A stretch of DNA of 64,000 nt from Prochlorococcus sp. AG-676-L21 (GCA_003210915.1 QCUA01000001.1:8527-72526); one strand, 5' to 3'; counted from the stretch's first letter, positions 9,753-17,930 are shown. A program made the numbers and translations. Notes: generated by a model from the sequence alone, not told the origin.

Positions 9753-9944
9753 TTATAGAGCCTTATCTTTCATGATTTGATTGACTTGACTTATTTGTTT
9801 ATTGTTTAATCGAAAGTATTCCGTTTGAGGTATACGACAATCTTTAAACTCTTTATGTATTTCTTTTTCTAGTTCTCTGTAATTAGTACATCTAACCGAA
9901 TTTAGTAACTCATCTGGTTTTAGCTGTTCCATTCTTTGCAACAT
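9753..9944 (-). pseudogene. GIY-YIG/T5orf172-like nuclease C-terminal fragment
   Basis: LEKEIHKEF..RI..EYFRL pattern; N-terminal GIY-YIG strand missing. Confidence 0.55.
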
Positions 9945-9989
9945 ATTGTGCCTATGAACGACCCACAGACATAAGTCTAGGAAGACCTA

Positions 9990-10655
9990 TTACCAAGTAT
10001 TTTCTTCATCGCATCCTGGCTTAGATGAATCTCCACATGTTTTTGCAACCCCTCCAGTTTCAATATTTAAATCAATTTGAAACCATGTGTTCTGATTATT
10101 TGTAGGAACTGCTTTTGCTTTAAAACAACTATTTGGATCTAAAGATTCGATTTTAAATTGTGTGTAGTTTCCTTGAAATGATTGAACATCGCCAAATCTA
10201 GTAGTTTGATTATCAGCTTCACTAATAACACATTCTTTAACTCCATTCACTAATCCATTCTTTATGGCAGCAACTGTGGAATCTAGTGGCCCTGGTTCAA
10301 GATATAGGTGAAGATTGGATATGAAAATCATAATAGAAGAGAGAATGACGATAGATGGTAAAATTATTAACCCAAAATTTAATAGCCACCAATTACGAGC
10401 CCAAATTTTTATATTCTTTTTGGATAATTTTCCTCCAAGTTTAAAGTATTTACTAATTTGATATCTATGAAGCTTATAAGTAAAAATAAAACCTAATATC
10501 AGAAGAAAAATAGAAAATATTAGAAGAAAATATGTACCATTTAATTCCTCAAAAATAGCTGTTAAAAAAGAGACTCCAGAAAAAAGAATAATAAAAGGTA
10601 TGTAAGGAGAAATAGCTCCACCGATAAAAAAAATAAATTTATCTTTTTTTCTCAT
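9990..10655 (-). CDS. Multi-TM protein fused to a pilin-like Cys-containing head domain
   Basis: Three TM helices then KECV...SC...KTC..GC...W; paralogue of 10998..11633. Confidence 0.7.
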   Translation of the reverse strand: MRKKDKFIFFIGGAISPYIPFIILFSGVSFLTAIFEELNGTYFLLIFSIFLLILGFIFTYKLHRYQISKYFKLGGKLSKKNIKIWARNWWLLNFGLIILPSIVILSSIMIFISNLHLYLEPGPLDSTVAAIKNGLVNGVKECVISEADNQTTRFGDVQSFQGNYTQFKIESLDPNSCFKAKAVPTNNQNTWFQIDLNIETGGVAKTCGDSSKPGCDEENTW

Positions 10656-10662
10656 GAATAAT

Positions 10663-11004
10663 TTAACGACTATAAAAATAAGGAAAGATAATGAATATAA
10701 ATAAACACAAAGATAAAATCCAATACATAGTTGATAATTTACTTATACTCTCTCGCGATTTCATCCCCCCTTTTGAGATATAAAATTTATATTGTAATTT
10801 TTCGATCTTTTTCGATATAAAAAATCCAAAGAATGGAAAGCCAAAAAGCCAATAGCTCATGAAATTATCAAATAAATATTCAGACTCACTTATAAATTTT
10901 CCACCCAAATCCCACAAAAAAGCCATGATCCAAGGAGCAGCTATACCTAAAAAATAATAAATAAATCTTCCAATCTTTCTTTTATTCATAATTTTTTTTA
11001 CCAA
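10663..11004 (-). CDS. Multi-TM protein, headless paralogue of its neighbours
   Basis: Similar basic N-terminus and KL....Y...GG..S loop. Confidence 0.6.
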   Translation of the reverse strand: MVKKIMNKRKIGRFIYYFLGIAAPWIMAFLWDLGGKFISESEYLFDNFMSYWLFGFPFFGFFISKKIEKLQYKFYISKGGMKSRESISKLSTMYWILSLCLFIFIIFPYFYSR

Positions 11005-11633
11005 GTATTTTCTTCATCGCATCCTGGCTTAGATGAATCTCCACATGTTTTTGCAACCCCTCCAGTTTCAATATTTAAATCAATTTGAAACCAAGTGTTC
11101 TGATCTGTTGTCGGAACTGCTTTCGCTTTATAGCAACTATTTGGATCTAAAGATTCTATTTGGAATTTTGAGTAGTTACCCGAGAATGATTGAACATCGC
11201 CAAATCTAGTGGTTTGATTATCCGAATCAAGAACAACACACTCTTTTACTCCGTTAGCTAATCCATTTTTAACAGCAGAAGTATATCTTGGGGATACTGG
11301 AGAGAATAATGCTGGAAGAAGAACTGCTGAAACTACTGCGAAAGAAATAATCCACCAACAAAATACACTTATATTAAAAAAACCTTTTGAAATCTTTCCT
11401 CCAAGGCTTTTATATTTTTTGATTGCATTTCCATGTAACTTAGTTACGACGAATATAAGAAATGTAGGTACAACTAAAAGAACGAACAAGACGAAGAAAC
11501 CTATTGATTGATAACCAAAAATAATAGTTGTTGTTGAAACTATAAGAACACTTAGAATTATCCAGAAAAAAACAAATATCAAGGGCGATATAAGCCCAAA
11601 AAAATAAAATATAAACTTATCCTTTTTTCGCAT
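10998..11633 (-). CDS. Multi-TM protein fused to a pilin-like head domain
   Basis: C-terminal ~90 aa nearly identical to 9990..10655. Confidence 0.7.
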   Translation of the reverse strand: MRKKDKFIFYFFGLISPLIFVFFWIILSVLIVSTTTIIFGYQSIGFFVLFVLLVVPTFLIFVVTKLHGNAIKKYKSLGGKISKGFFNISVFCWWIISFAVVSAVLLPALFSPVSPRYTSAVKNGLANGVKECVVLDSDNQTTRFGDVQSFSGNYSKFQIESLDPNSCYKAKAVPTTDQNTWFQIDLNIETGGVAKTCGDSSKPGCDEENTW

Positions 11634-11677
11634 AAAAAAAGAGGGTTTGATCCCTCTATGTTAGATCGACTGTCAAT
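11631..11677 (-). promoter_or_regulatory. Conserved cargo leader element, copy 2
   Basis: Reverse complement ATTGACAGTCGATCTAACATAGAGGGATCAAACCCTCTTTTTTTATG. Confidence 0.6.
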
Positions 11678-11740
11678 AATTAAAGTGTTATCTTGAATTA
11701 AATTCCTATCAAAAATATCAAAAAGGATTTAAAGAATTTT

Positions 11741-12007
11741 ATGAAATCAGAAGATATAACTGCTATAGCTTCTTCAACAATTGCGGTAACTCTTATTTTA
11801 GGGACAGTTTTTTATTTCCAACAAGAAGGTGAGAAGATGCGTCGCAGAGAGGAGCGAGTAGAACAAATGCAATTAAAAATTAAAAAGAAAACTGCAAATG
11901 AGAAATTTAAAAAGGATAGAGATAATTGTAAAACTTTTTTTGAAGAAGATATTGGGTATACAAAATGTATGAAAAGTAAAGGTTGGACAAAACGTTTATT
12001 TAATTAA
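11741..12007 (+). CDS. Membrane-anchored hypothetical protein
   Basis: N-terminal TM helix plus charged helix. Confidence 0.6.
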   Translation: MKSEDITAIASSTIAVTLILGTVFYFQQEGEKMRRREERVEQMQLKIKKKTANEKFKKDRDNCKTFFEEDIGYTKCMKSKGWTKRLFN

Positions 12008-12009
12008 AA

Positions 12010-12285
12010 ATGAAAAACAAAATTCTACCTTTTATCAAACAGTACCCAATGAGCATCTTATTAGCGATTATTGCTCTTAATTTGTTCTCTATTGCAGGTA
12101 CTTTAAAAAAGAATGGAAAGTTTGATGTTCATAAACAACTTTGCCTAAGAGAGGATGCTTTTATTTATGGAGATTATGACTATACGGATAAAAAGCTTAA
12201 ATCTTTTAGAAAATCAATAGCTCGAAAACTAGGTATTCCCAGAAACCAATCAGATGAATATTGCCGAAGAATACAAAATTATTAA
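12010..12285 (+). CDS. Membrane-anchored hypothetical protein
   Basis: N-terminal TM helix, Cys pair. Confidence 0.6.
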   Translation: MKNKILPFIKQYPMSILLAIIALNLFSIAGTLKKNGKFDVHKQLCLREDAFIYGDYDYTDKKLKSFRKSIARKLGIPRNQSDEYCRRIQNY

Positions 12286-12364
12286 ATAATTAGTTCCCAT
12301 TAGTTCCCTTCGGGAATAGGTCGGGAAGTGACTATATCCACTGATATAACTTGGATTCTAAGAG

Positions 12365-12410
12365 TCGGGGCGACAGGATTCGAACCTGCGACCTAGTGCT
12401 CCCAAAGCAC
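12365..12410 (-). repeat. tRNA-Pro 3' half att copy 5 (perfect)
   Basis: Identical to 17931-17976. Confidence 0.97.
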
Positions 12411-12581
12411 TTAACAACCCTAGTAGGGCACTAGGTTTTCAAGCTATAACTAATTTTCTGCTTACTTCTTCATGATTTGTCAGGACAAACCAGGATATAT
12501 TTGACGGCAATTTGACGGCAAAATGAGAATTTATTCTCCTACTCCTGTAGTCGTGTAGTAACTTTAGTCAGGTGTAGTCGA

Positions 12582-12704
12582 TTAGTAATTAATTAATTTT
12601 CTCTTTCCATCTCTAGTTTCTACTTTAGTTATTCTTAACCCAATAAAAGCAGCCCAAATAACTGCAAATAAAATTGGTAAAAAAATGATAGCAAGTTTCA
12701 TCAT
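12582..12704 (-). CDS. 40-aa single-TM micro-protein, PsbY-like, copy 2
   Basis: MMKLAIIFLPILFAVIWAAFIGLRITKVETRDGKRKLINY. Confidence 0.6.
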   Translation of the reverse strand: MMKLAIIFLPILFAVIWAAFIGLRITKVETRDGKRKLINY

Positions 12705-12775
12705 TGTTTTAATCCTGTTATTTGCTCAAAAGAATAACCTTTAAATAAATAACAAAATATAGGTACTTTATCTAA

Positions 12776-13060
12776 TTAAGCAGCATCATATTCATCCCTA
12801 TCTTCAAGCTCTCTCATAAATCTTTTATCTACACCGTAGTTGTCTAAAAGCTCTGCTGCCATCACTATCTCAGCATCAGGTTCTTGTATATCTTTGGTTA
12901 ATAAATAATTGTCTAGGAGCTCTAGATTGTTATTTTCTTTAGGAAATTTTTTTTTCTCGCTGTCTAATAGCTCTCTTATGTAGTGATATACAAGCTGTTT
13001 ATCGTATCCACTTTCTCTAATTTCTTTCAACATTTCGATTGGAATTTTCATAATCGTCAA
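12776..13060 (-). CDS. Hypothetical acidic protein
   Basis: ORF only. Confidence 0.5.
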   Translation of the reverse strand: MTIMKIPIEMLKEIRESGYDKQLVYHYIRELLDSEKKKFPKENNNLELLDNYLLTKDIQEPDAEIVMAAELLDNYGVDKRFMRELEDRDEYDAA

Positions 13061-13298
13061 CCCCTATGTGACATTTTTTAGAGGAAAATAAGCCTAAATA
13101 AGCAAGTAATAGAGCTATTTAGAGCAAATTAGAGCCTATATACGCATACTTACGAAGATATAAGAAAAAAGCAAGAAAATTGAAAAAAAACCAGTATTTT
13201 TAGAAGTTATTTTTAAGCGGTGCAAGTAGTAAGCGTTTCATTTACCCAATCAAAGAAATAATTAGGGTCATTATCTTTTCAGCAATAAATCTTTTATC

Positions 13299-13346
13299 CA
13301 TTAAAAAAGAGGGTTTTATCCCTCTAAGTTTAGATCGACTGTCAAT
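13299..13346 (-). promoter_or_regulatory. Conserved cargo leader element, copy 3 (downstream ORF only 16 aa)
   Basis: Near-identical to copy 2. Confidence 0.55.
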
Positions 13347-13432
13347 TAAGTTACTTTGAAAGCTAAAAACTAGATCATAAAATTAAATCCGACGGCATCT
13401 TGACGGCTCTTGCTGCCGTCAGATTTTCCAAT

Positions 13433-13457
13433 AAAAAAGCGAGTCTGGGAAACTCGC
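13433..13457 (-). terminator. Intrinsic terminator downstream of att copy 6 in tRNA orientation
   Basis: Minus strand GCGAGT-loop-ACTCGC followed by T6. Confidence 0.75.
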
Positions 13458-13480
13458 TAGTATAACTTGGGTTTAAATGG

Positions 13481-13526
13481 TCGGGGCGACAGGATTCGAA
13501 CCTGCGACCTAGTGCTCCCAAAGCAC
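13481..13526 (-). repeat. tRNA-Pro 3' half att copy 6 (perfect)
   Basis: Identical to 17931-17976. Confidence 0.97.
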
Positions 13527-13638
13527 TCGACAACCTAAAGTGAGCACTACGTCTTTTGTATTTTCAATACTTTTGAAGTTATTAATTAAAAGTAATTCTT
13601 AATCTTTGAAGTGAATGACATCAAATTGACATCAATTT

Positions 13639-14403
13639 TTACCATGTTCCATTAATTTTGTTTGAACATCCGAGATATTCCTCAGTTGGGCCTTCATGTG
13701 AACAATATGTCCCATTAGTGAAAATATTGTATGAAAAAGTTGGCAGTTGGTTTTTATTAATTGCACTCATTATGATCAAACCATCTTCAGTTCCAGAACA
13801 ATCAAAATCTTTGGGAAAAAATTGATAAGCTTCTTGATTAATTCTTTGGGATATTTCTTGAGCAGATAAACTGGCTAACTTTATTTCTATATTTTTTACT
13901 TTTTCAGGAAGGGAATCCCGATAATTATTGTATTTTCTATAAAGTAGTTTATATTTTGAGTGTTCAGCGTTAGTTGGCTCAAGAGATTCCATTATTTTCC
14001 AATATTCTCTTCTCCAATCCAAATGAGAAGAATTATATTTCTGTCGAACTTCTTGTATCGAGATTTTTTCTTTCCCCGCTATAAAAATTAATTTACCTGG
14101 ATGAGGTAACCTCTCGCTGGAGTACATCCAGTATTTATTACTTCTAGCTTTATTATCAAGAAATTCCTTGAAAGATTTGTGTCTTGGGGATTCTGAAATT
14201 TTTGATATTTTATCTAATTCATTTTCATGATTATTCCTTTTAACTGAACAACTATTGATAAAATCTAAAATTGCGCGCTTTGCTAATAAATGATCTGGAG
14301 TTTCTTTTATTCCTACAAAGCTTGGAATTGCAAGGGCTGACAAAACTGCGAGGACAAGAGTTACAGCTAATATATCCCAAAAACTTATACTTTTATTGCT
14401 CAC
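13639..14403 (-). CDS. Pilin-like protein with degenerate prepilin motif and large insertion (sole cargo of cassette F)
   Basis: LAVTLVLAVLSALAIPSFVGI resembles 7625..8107; C-terminal C...GC...W. Confidence 0.7.
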   Translation of the reverse strand: MSNKSISFWDILAVTLVLAVLSALAIPSFVGIKETPDHLLAKRAILDFINSCSVKRNNHENELDKISKISESPRHKSFKEFLDNKARSNKYWMYSSERLPHPGKLIFIAGKEKISIQEVRQKYNSSHLDWRREYWKIMESLEPTNAEHSKYKLLYRKYNNYRDSLPEKVKNIEIKLASLSAQEISQRINQEAYQFFPKDFDCSGTEDGLIIMSAINKNQLPTFSYNIFTNGTYCSHEGPTEEYLGCSNKINGTW

Positions 14404-14496
14404 TTTTATTTAACCAATGAGTATTTAAATATATTTTATGCCAAATTAATTTTGACATCAAACTGACATCAAGAGAGTGATGTCAATTTTTACATT

Positions 14497-14521
14497 AAAA
14501 AAGCGAGTCTGGGTAACTCGC
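14497..14521 (-). terminator. Intrinsic terminator downstream of att copy 7
   Basis: Same hairpin as 13433-13457. Confidence 0.75.
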
Positions 14522-14544
14522 TAGTATGAATTGGTTTTTAAGAG

Positions 14545-14590
14545 TCGGGGCGACAGGATTCGAACCTGCGACCTAGTGCTCCCAAAGCAC
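14545..14590 (-). repeat. tRNA-Pro 3' half att copy 7 (perfect)
   Basis: Identical to 17931-17976. Confidence 0.97.
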
Positions 14591-14794
14591 CCAGTACGCA
14601 ATTTGCGACAGTACCCATGAGAACGAAGTGGGGCTATAGCTTATTAGTTAGTACTAATAGGATTTTTATGAGTCTCAATATTGACCTATATACAGCAAGG
14701 TATGGCATAGTTATGCAAATAATCGCTAAATAATCGCTAAGCTTCAACCTGGTGCTCTAAGGGCACTAGGTCTTATCTATCTATACTTGAATCG

Positions 14795-14841
14795 ATTGAA
14801 AGTCGATCTAACATGGAGTGATAAAACCTTCTTTTTTTATG
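14795..14841 (+). promoter_or_regulatory. Conserved cargo leader element, copy 4 (diverged)
   Basis: attgaaagtcgatctaacatggagtgataaaaccttctttttttatg. Confidence 0.5.
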
Positions 14842-15111
14842 AAATCAACAAGAGATATTATAGATAAAGTTAATTTTATAAAGTTAATTACTCCAGCATC
14901 AATTCTTTTATTGTTGATTTCAAATTTATATCTTTTTAATAAAGTTAATTATCTTCAAAAAGAATTTTATAAACACACAAGATCTCAAAACCATCGAACT
15001 AAAAATAATATCAAAGAAATATTGGAAAGTTGCGAAACTGAATCGCATTCGCATTATGTTGATTTAGTTGGAGAAATTTATCAAAGTCAGCCTGCCATTG
15101 ATTGTGATTAA
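14839..15111 (+). CDS. Membrane-anchored hypothetical protein
   Basis: ORF track 14818..15111; start moved to the ATG that follows the leader element. Confidence 0.55.
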   Translation: MKSTRDIIDKVNFIKLITPASILLLLISNLYLFNKVNYLQKEFYKHTRSQNHRTKNNIKEILESCETESHSHYVDLVGEIYQSQPAIDCD

Positions 15112-15114
15112 AAA

Positions 15115-15504
15115 ATGAAACGCTTCTTATTTCTTAGCCATATCATTTCTCAATTTTTAGTACCAGTTTTTGCTCACTCAGTTGATTTCACAAAACCTGT
15201 AGAAACTACATGTCTTCAAATGACATCAAATAGACCTGCAGTAGGTGGACTTGGAAAGGCTATTAAGTGGGAGATTGTAGGAAAGTGTGATGTGGAAATA
15301 GATCCTAGCAATAAAGGATTCGTCAAAAGTCTTACTGCTTATCCTTACCAATCAGAAAGGTCATCTTTTACCTTAGAACGAATTGAAGATGGACTGCACC
15401 AAGGGCTCAAACCATACCAAAATCCAAGTGGCAGATTGGTTCATTGTCTTTGGAGAACTAAAAAGCACCTCAAAGCTATTTGTGCAATTAATAATTGGCA
15501 CTAG
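15115..15504 (+). CDS. Secreted Cys-containing hypothetical protein
   Basis: MKRFLF signal peptide. Confidence 0.6.
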   Translation: MKRFLFLSHIISQFLVPVFAHSVDFTKPVETTCLQMTSNRPAVGGLGKAIKWEIVGKCDVEIDPSNKGFVKSLTAYPYQSERSSFTLERIEDGLHQGLKPYQNPSGRLVHCLWRTKKHLKAICAINNWH

Positions 15505-15536
15505 ATCAAAAAAAAACAACCATGTATTTTAACTAT

Positions 15537-16034
15537 ATGAAACGCTTACTACTAACACTACTAGCTGCTATCTCTTTACCTAGTCCCATCAATGCAGAGG
15601 ATTTACCAAAAAGACTTTATGGTTCATGGCAATTTACTGGAACAGCAGGTGAAGCTGTAATTGGTGAACTTACAATCACCAAAGAATATGTAGCTTATGG
15701 ATCTTCTCTTAATGGAGTTTGTAGTGACTCATATAAGGTTAAAAGATTAAAAGATGATAATGACTACCCTGATAATTTACTTGAAGATACAAGAGGTTAT
15801 ATCTCTTACAGGACCTATAGATTAATTTTGGATAATCCTGAAAATTGCGTCCACAAAGATGATACGCTCCAAATATCTTTTGAACAAATTCCAATAGGAT
15901 CCTTAAGAAATATTTATCCTGATGAACCGAAGTTTATTAATAAAATTAGTTTGGTTACTTATATAAATGGGGAATTAACTGGTTGGTTTTCAAATGGGTT
16001 TAGACTAACAGAATACATTAGAGAACCATGGTAG
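15537..16034 (+). CDS. Secreted hypothetical protein (MKRLLL leader family)
   Basis: MKRLLLTLLAAISLPSPINA signal peptide; in-frame ATG at 15537. Confidence 0.7.
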   Translation: MKRLLLTLLAAISLPSPINAEDLPKRLYGSWQFTGTAGEAVIGELTITKEYVAYGSSLNGVCSDSYKVKRLKDDNDYPDNLLEDTRGYISYRTYRLILDNPENCVHKDDTLQISFEQIPIGSLRNIYPDEPKFINKISLVTYINGELTGWFSNGFRLTEYIREPW

Positions 16035-16879
16035 ATAAATATTTGCCTTCAAAAAAGATTGCATTAAATAATAGAAAAACCACTCGTCCTTGGTTGGTGG
16101 GTTTGGCTTCTTTATTTTTTGGACCATCATCATTGTTCTTTTCTTTTCGTCAAAGGAATAGAGATTATTTAATAACCTATTTATTCATATCTTTTATAGT
16201 TATTGGATTCAGATTTCTATTCCCCTCCCCACCTCTAAAGGGTTCGTATTTTATCCCATTTATTAATTTCCTCTTTTATTATCCGTTTGGACCAAATTTT
16301 ATTCATGCTTTCGCGCAATGGAAGGTGGCTAGCTTAACAAAAGAGAATGCCATTGATTTCAAAAATATAGATTTAAAGAAAAATAATCTCTTTGAAATTC
16401 CTCTTATTTGGGCTTTAGATAAAGTTGAATCTTTTGCAACAAGATTTCCAGAGCAAGAGACAATCGAAAGATTAGGTAATATTTTTAATCTAACGGTTAC
16501 TGCATCAGAGAATATTTATGAAGAAGCAAAAAAGGGTGCGAAGAAAAGAGGTAAATCAACTCCAAATTTAGATGATTTAAATAAAATACTCTCAGAATCT
16601 TCGCTGCAAAGATTAAAGTTTAATGAAATGGGTGGTCTCGCAATAGATTATGAATATAAAGAACCTAAGCAATCAAAAAGAAAGGATCTTTTGAAAGAAA
16701 AAGGGGAAATAAAAAAAGATTCTAAAAAAATTGTTCCCAAGAAAATTTCGAATTTGAACGGAAATAATGATCTTTCAAATCTTTCGGGAGAAATTGAAAA
16801 ACTTGCTGCATTAAAAGAAAAAGGTATTCTTACTGATGAAGAATTTACTGCCGCTAAAGCTAAAATTTTGAATTCTTGA
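16028..16879 (+). CDS. Membrane protein with C-terminal SHOCT domain
   Basis: N-terminal TMs; EIEKLAALKEKGILTDEEFTAAKAKIL. Confidence 0.8.
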   Translation: MVDKYLPSKKIALNNRKTTRPWLVGLASLFFGPSSLFFSFRQRNRDYLITYLFISFIVIGFRFLFPSPPLKGSYFIPFINFLFYYPFGPNFIHAFAQWKVASLTKENAIDFKNIDLKKNNLFEIPLIWALDKVESFATRFPEQETIERLGNIFNLTVTASENIYEEAKKGAKKRGKSTPNLDDLNKILSESSLQRLKFNEMGGLAIDYEYKEPKQSKRKDLLKEKGEIKKDSKKIVPKKISNLNGNNDLSNLSGEIEKLAALKEKGILTDEEFTAAKAKILNS

Positions 16880-17071
16880 AACTCTGATCACTTTGACTGA
16901 TTTATTAACGTTTAAAAGATCTCAAATAATAATAGTATTGTTTGAGATTGCATCAAATGAAACTCTTACCCCCTGCTCCGCTATGAGCGACATGAGGCAG
17001 CAAAGTATTGCAAGGTATAGCAAATAATCGCTATATAATCGCTAAGTCTTATTTTTCTTATAGTTGGCAAT

Positions 17072-17097
17072 AAAAAAGAGAGTTTGGGTAACTCTCT
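17072..17097 (-). terminator. Intrinsic terminator downstream of att copy 8
   Basis: AGAGAGTT-loop-AACTCTCT hairpin with T-run on minus strand. Confidence 0.7.
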
Positions 17098-17120
17098 TGC
17101 ATGACTTGGATTTGAATGAG

Positions 17121-17170
17121 TCGGGGCGACAGGATTCGAACCTGCGACCTAGTGCTCCCAAAGCACCCGC
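17121..17170 (-). repeat. tRNA-Pro 3' half att copy 8 (perfect, 50 bp)
   Basis: Identical to 17931-17980. Confidence 0.97.
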
Positions 17171-17311
17171 TAAAACAAGGAAAAATTGAGACTTATAGCT
17201 ATATCAGTACTTTTGAGAAAAAGTGGGGATTACTTTTGAATAATAACTATGAATTTGAGGGAATTATGAGGGAAAAATAGTTATATCGCAGACTTTAAAT
17301 TTTTATTGGCA

Positions 17312-17608
17312 TTAACAACGTACATTCATGGAAACTAAACCAAGAGCATATATTGACCAGAGAAAACCGCCTCCGATGAATATTAATAATGTCTCTTTAT
17401 TAAAAATATTTTTTTGCTTTATGATTTTTAATTTTCTTCCAATTAATAAACTTAAAAAATTAATAAAAAGACCAACAATTAAAAATGAAATTGCTGCTAT
17501 GTCCCACCTATGATCACAACGAGGAAAACTAATAAAACTACTTAAAACTCCTGGAGTAACGATACCTAATGAGTAATAAAGGAAAGAAAGTTTTTTACTT
17601 TTACTCAT
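17312..17608 (-). CDS. Small multi-TM hypothetical protein
   Basis: Three hydrophobic segments; N-terminus resembles 10663..11004. Confidence 0.55.
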   Translation of the reverse strand: MSKSKKLSFLYYSLGIVTPGVLSSFISFPRCDHRWDIAAISFLIVGLFINFLSLLIGRKLKIIKQKNIFNKETLLIFIGGGFLWSIYALGLVSMNVRC

Positions 17609-17611
17609 CTT

Positions 17612-17812
17612 CTAACAACTATATTCTTTATTTTTGAATAACTTTGATTTGACTAATTTACCAGAAATCTCTCCATTGCAAAGTTTAGTCTTTTCATCGG
17701 CATACTTAGGTGCATTTATGAAAGCTTTTATAGCGAAGAAAGGTAATATCAATAAAACAATAATTGGTAAAAGAAGTTCGGCTATAAATCCCTCTTCTCC
17801 ATTTTTTCTCAT
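17612..17812 (-). CDS. Small single-TM protein, possibly a truncated pilin-like gene
   Basis: EEGFIAELLLPIIVLLILP resembles a degenerate prepilin N-terminus. Confidence 0.45.
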   Translation of the reverse strand: MRKNGEEGFIAELLLPIIVLLILPFFAIKAFINAPKYADEKTKLCNGEISGKLVKSKLFKNKEYSC

Positions 17813-17930
17813 TAGGTTTTAGATAATAAACTTTGTTTTTGAATTATAAATAAATTCATTTGAGGGAATTTTGAGGGAAGGTATTTTTGAGGGAAATATA
17901 TTATTAGCTGAGACTTACTGCTATAACTGA

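Noticed and set aside
9990-11270. Diversity-generating retroelement TR/VR pair
   Set aside because: No reverse transcriptase in the window; both copies are coding and differences are not adenine-specific
4174-17170. CRISPR array interpretation of the 46-bp repeats
   Set aside because: Repeats are tRNA-Pro fragments, spacers are 0.7-4.1 kb and gene-bearing, and no cas genes are present
4174-17170. Additional functional tRNA genes
   Set aside because: Each copy lacks the 5' acceptor strand and D-arm
4174-17930. Classical integron with attC sites
   Set aside because: No IntI gene and no RYYYAAC/GTTRRRY hairpin units seen; boundaries are tRNA-derived cores
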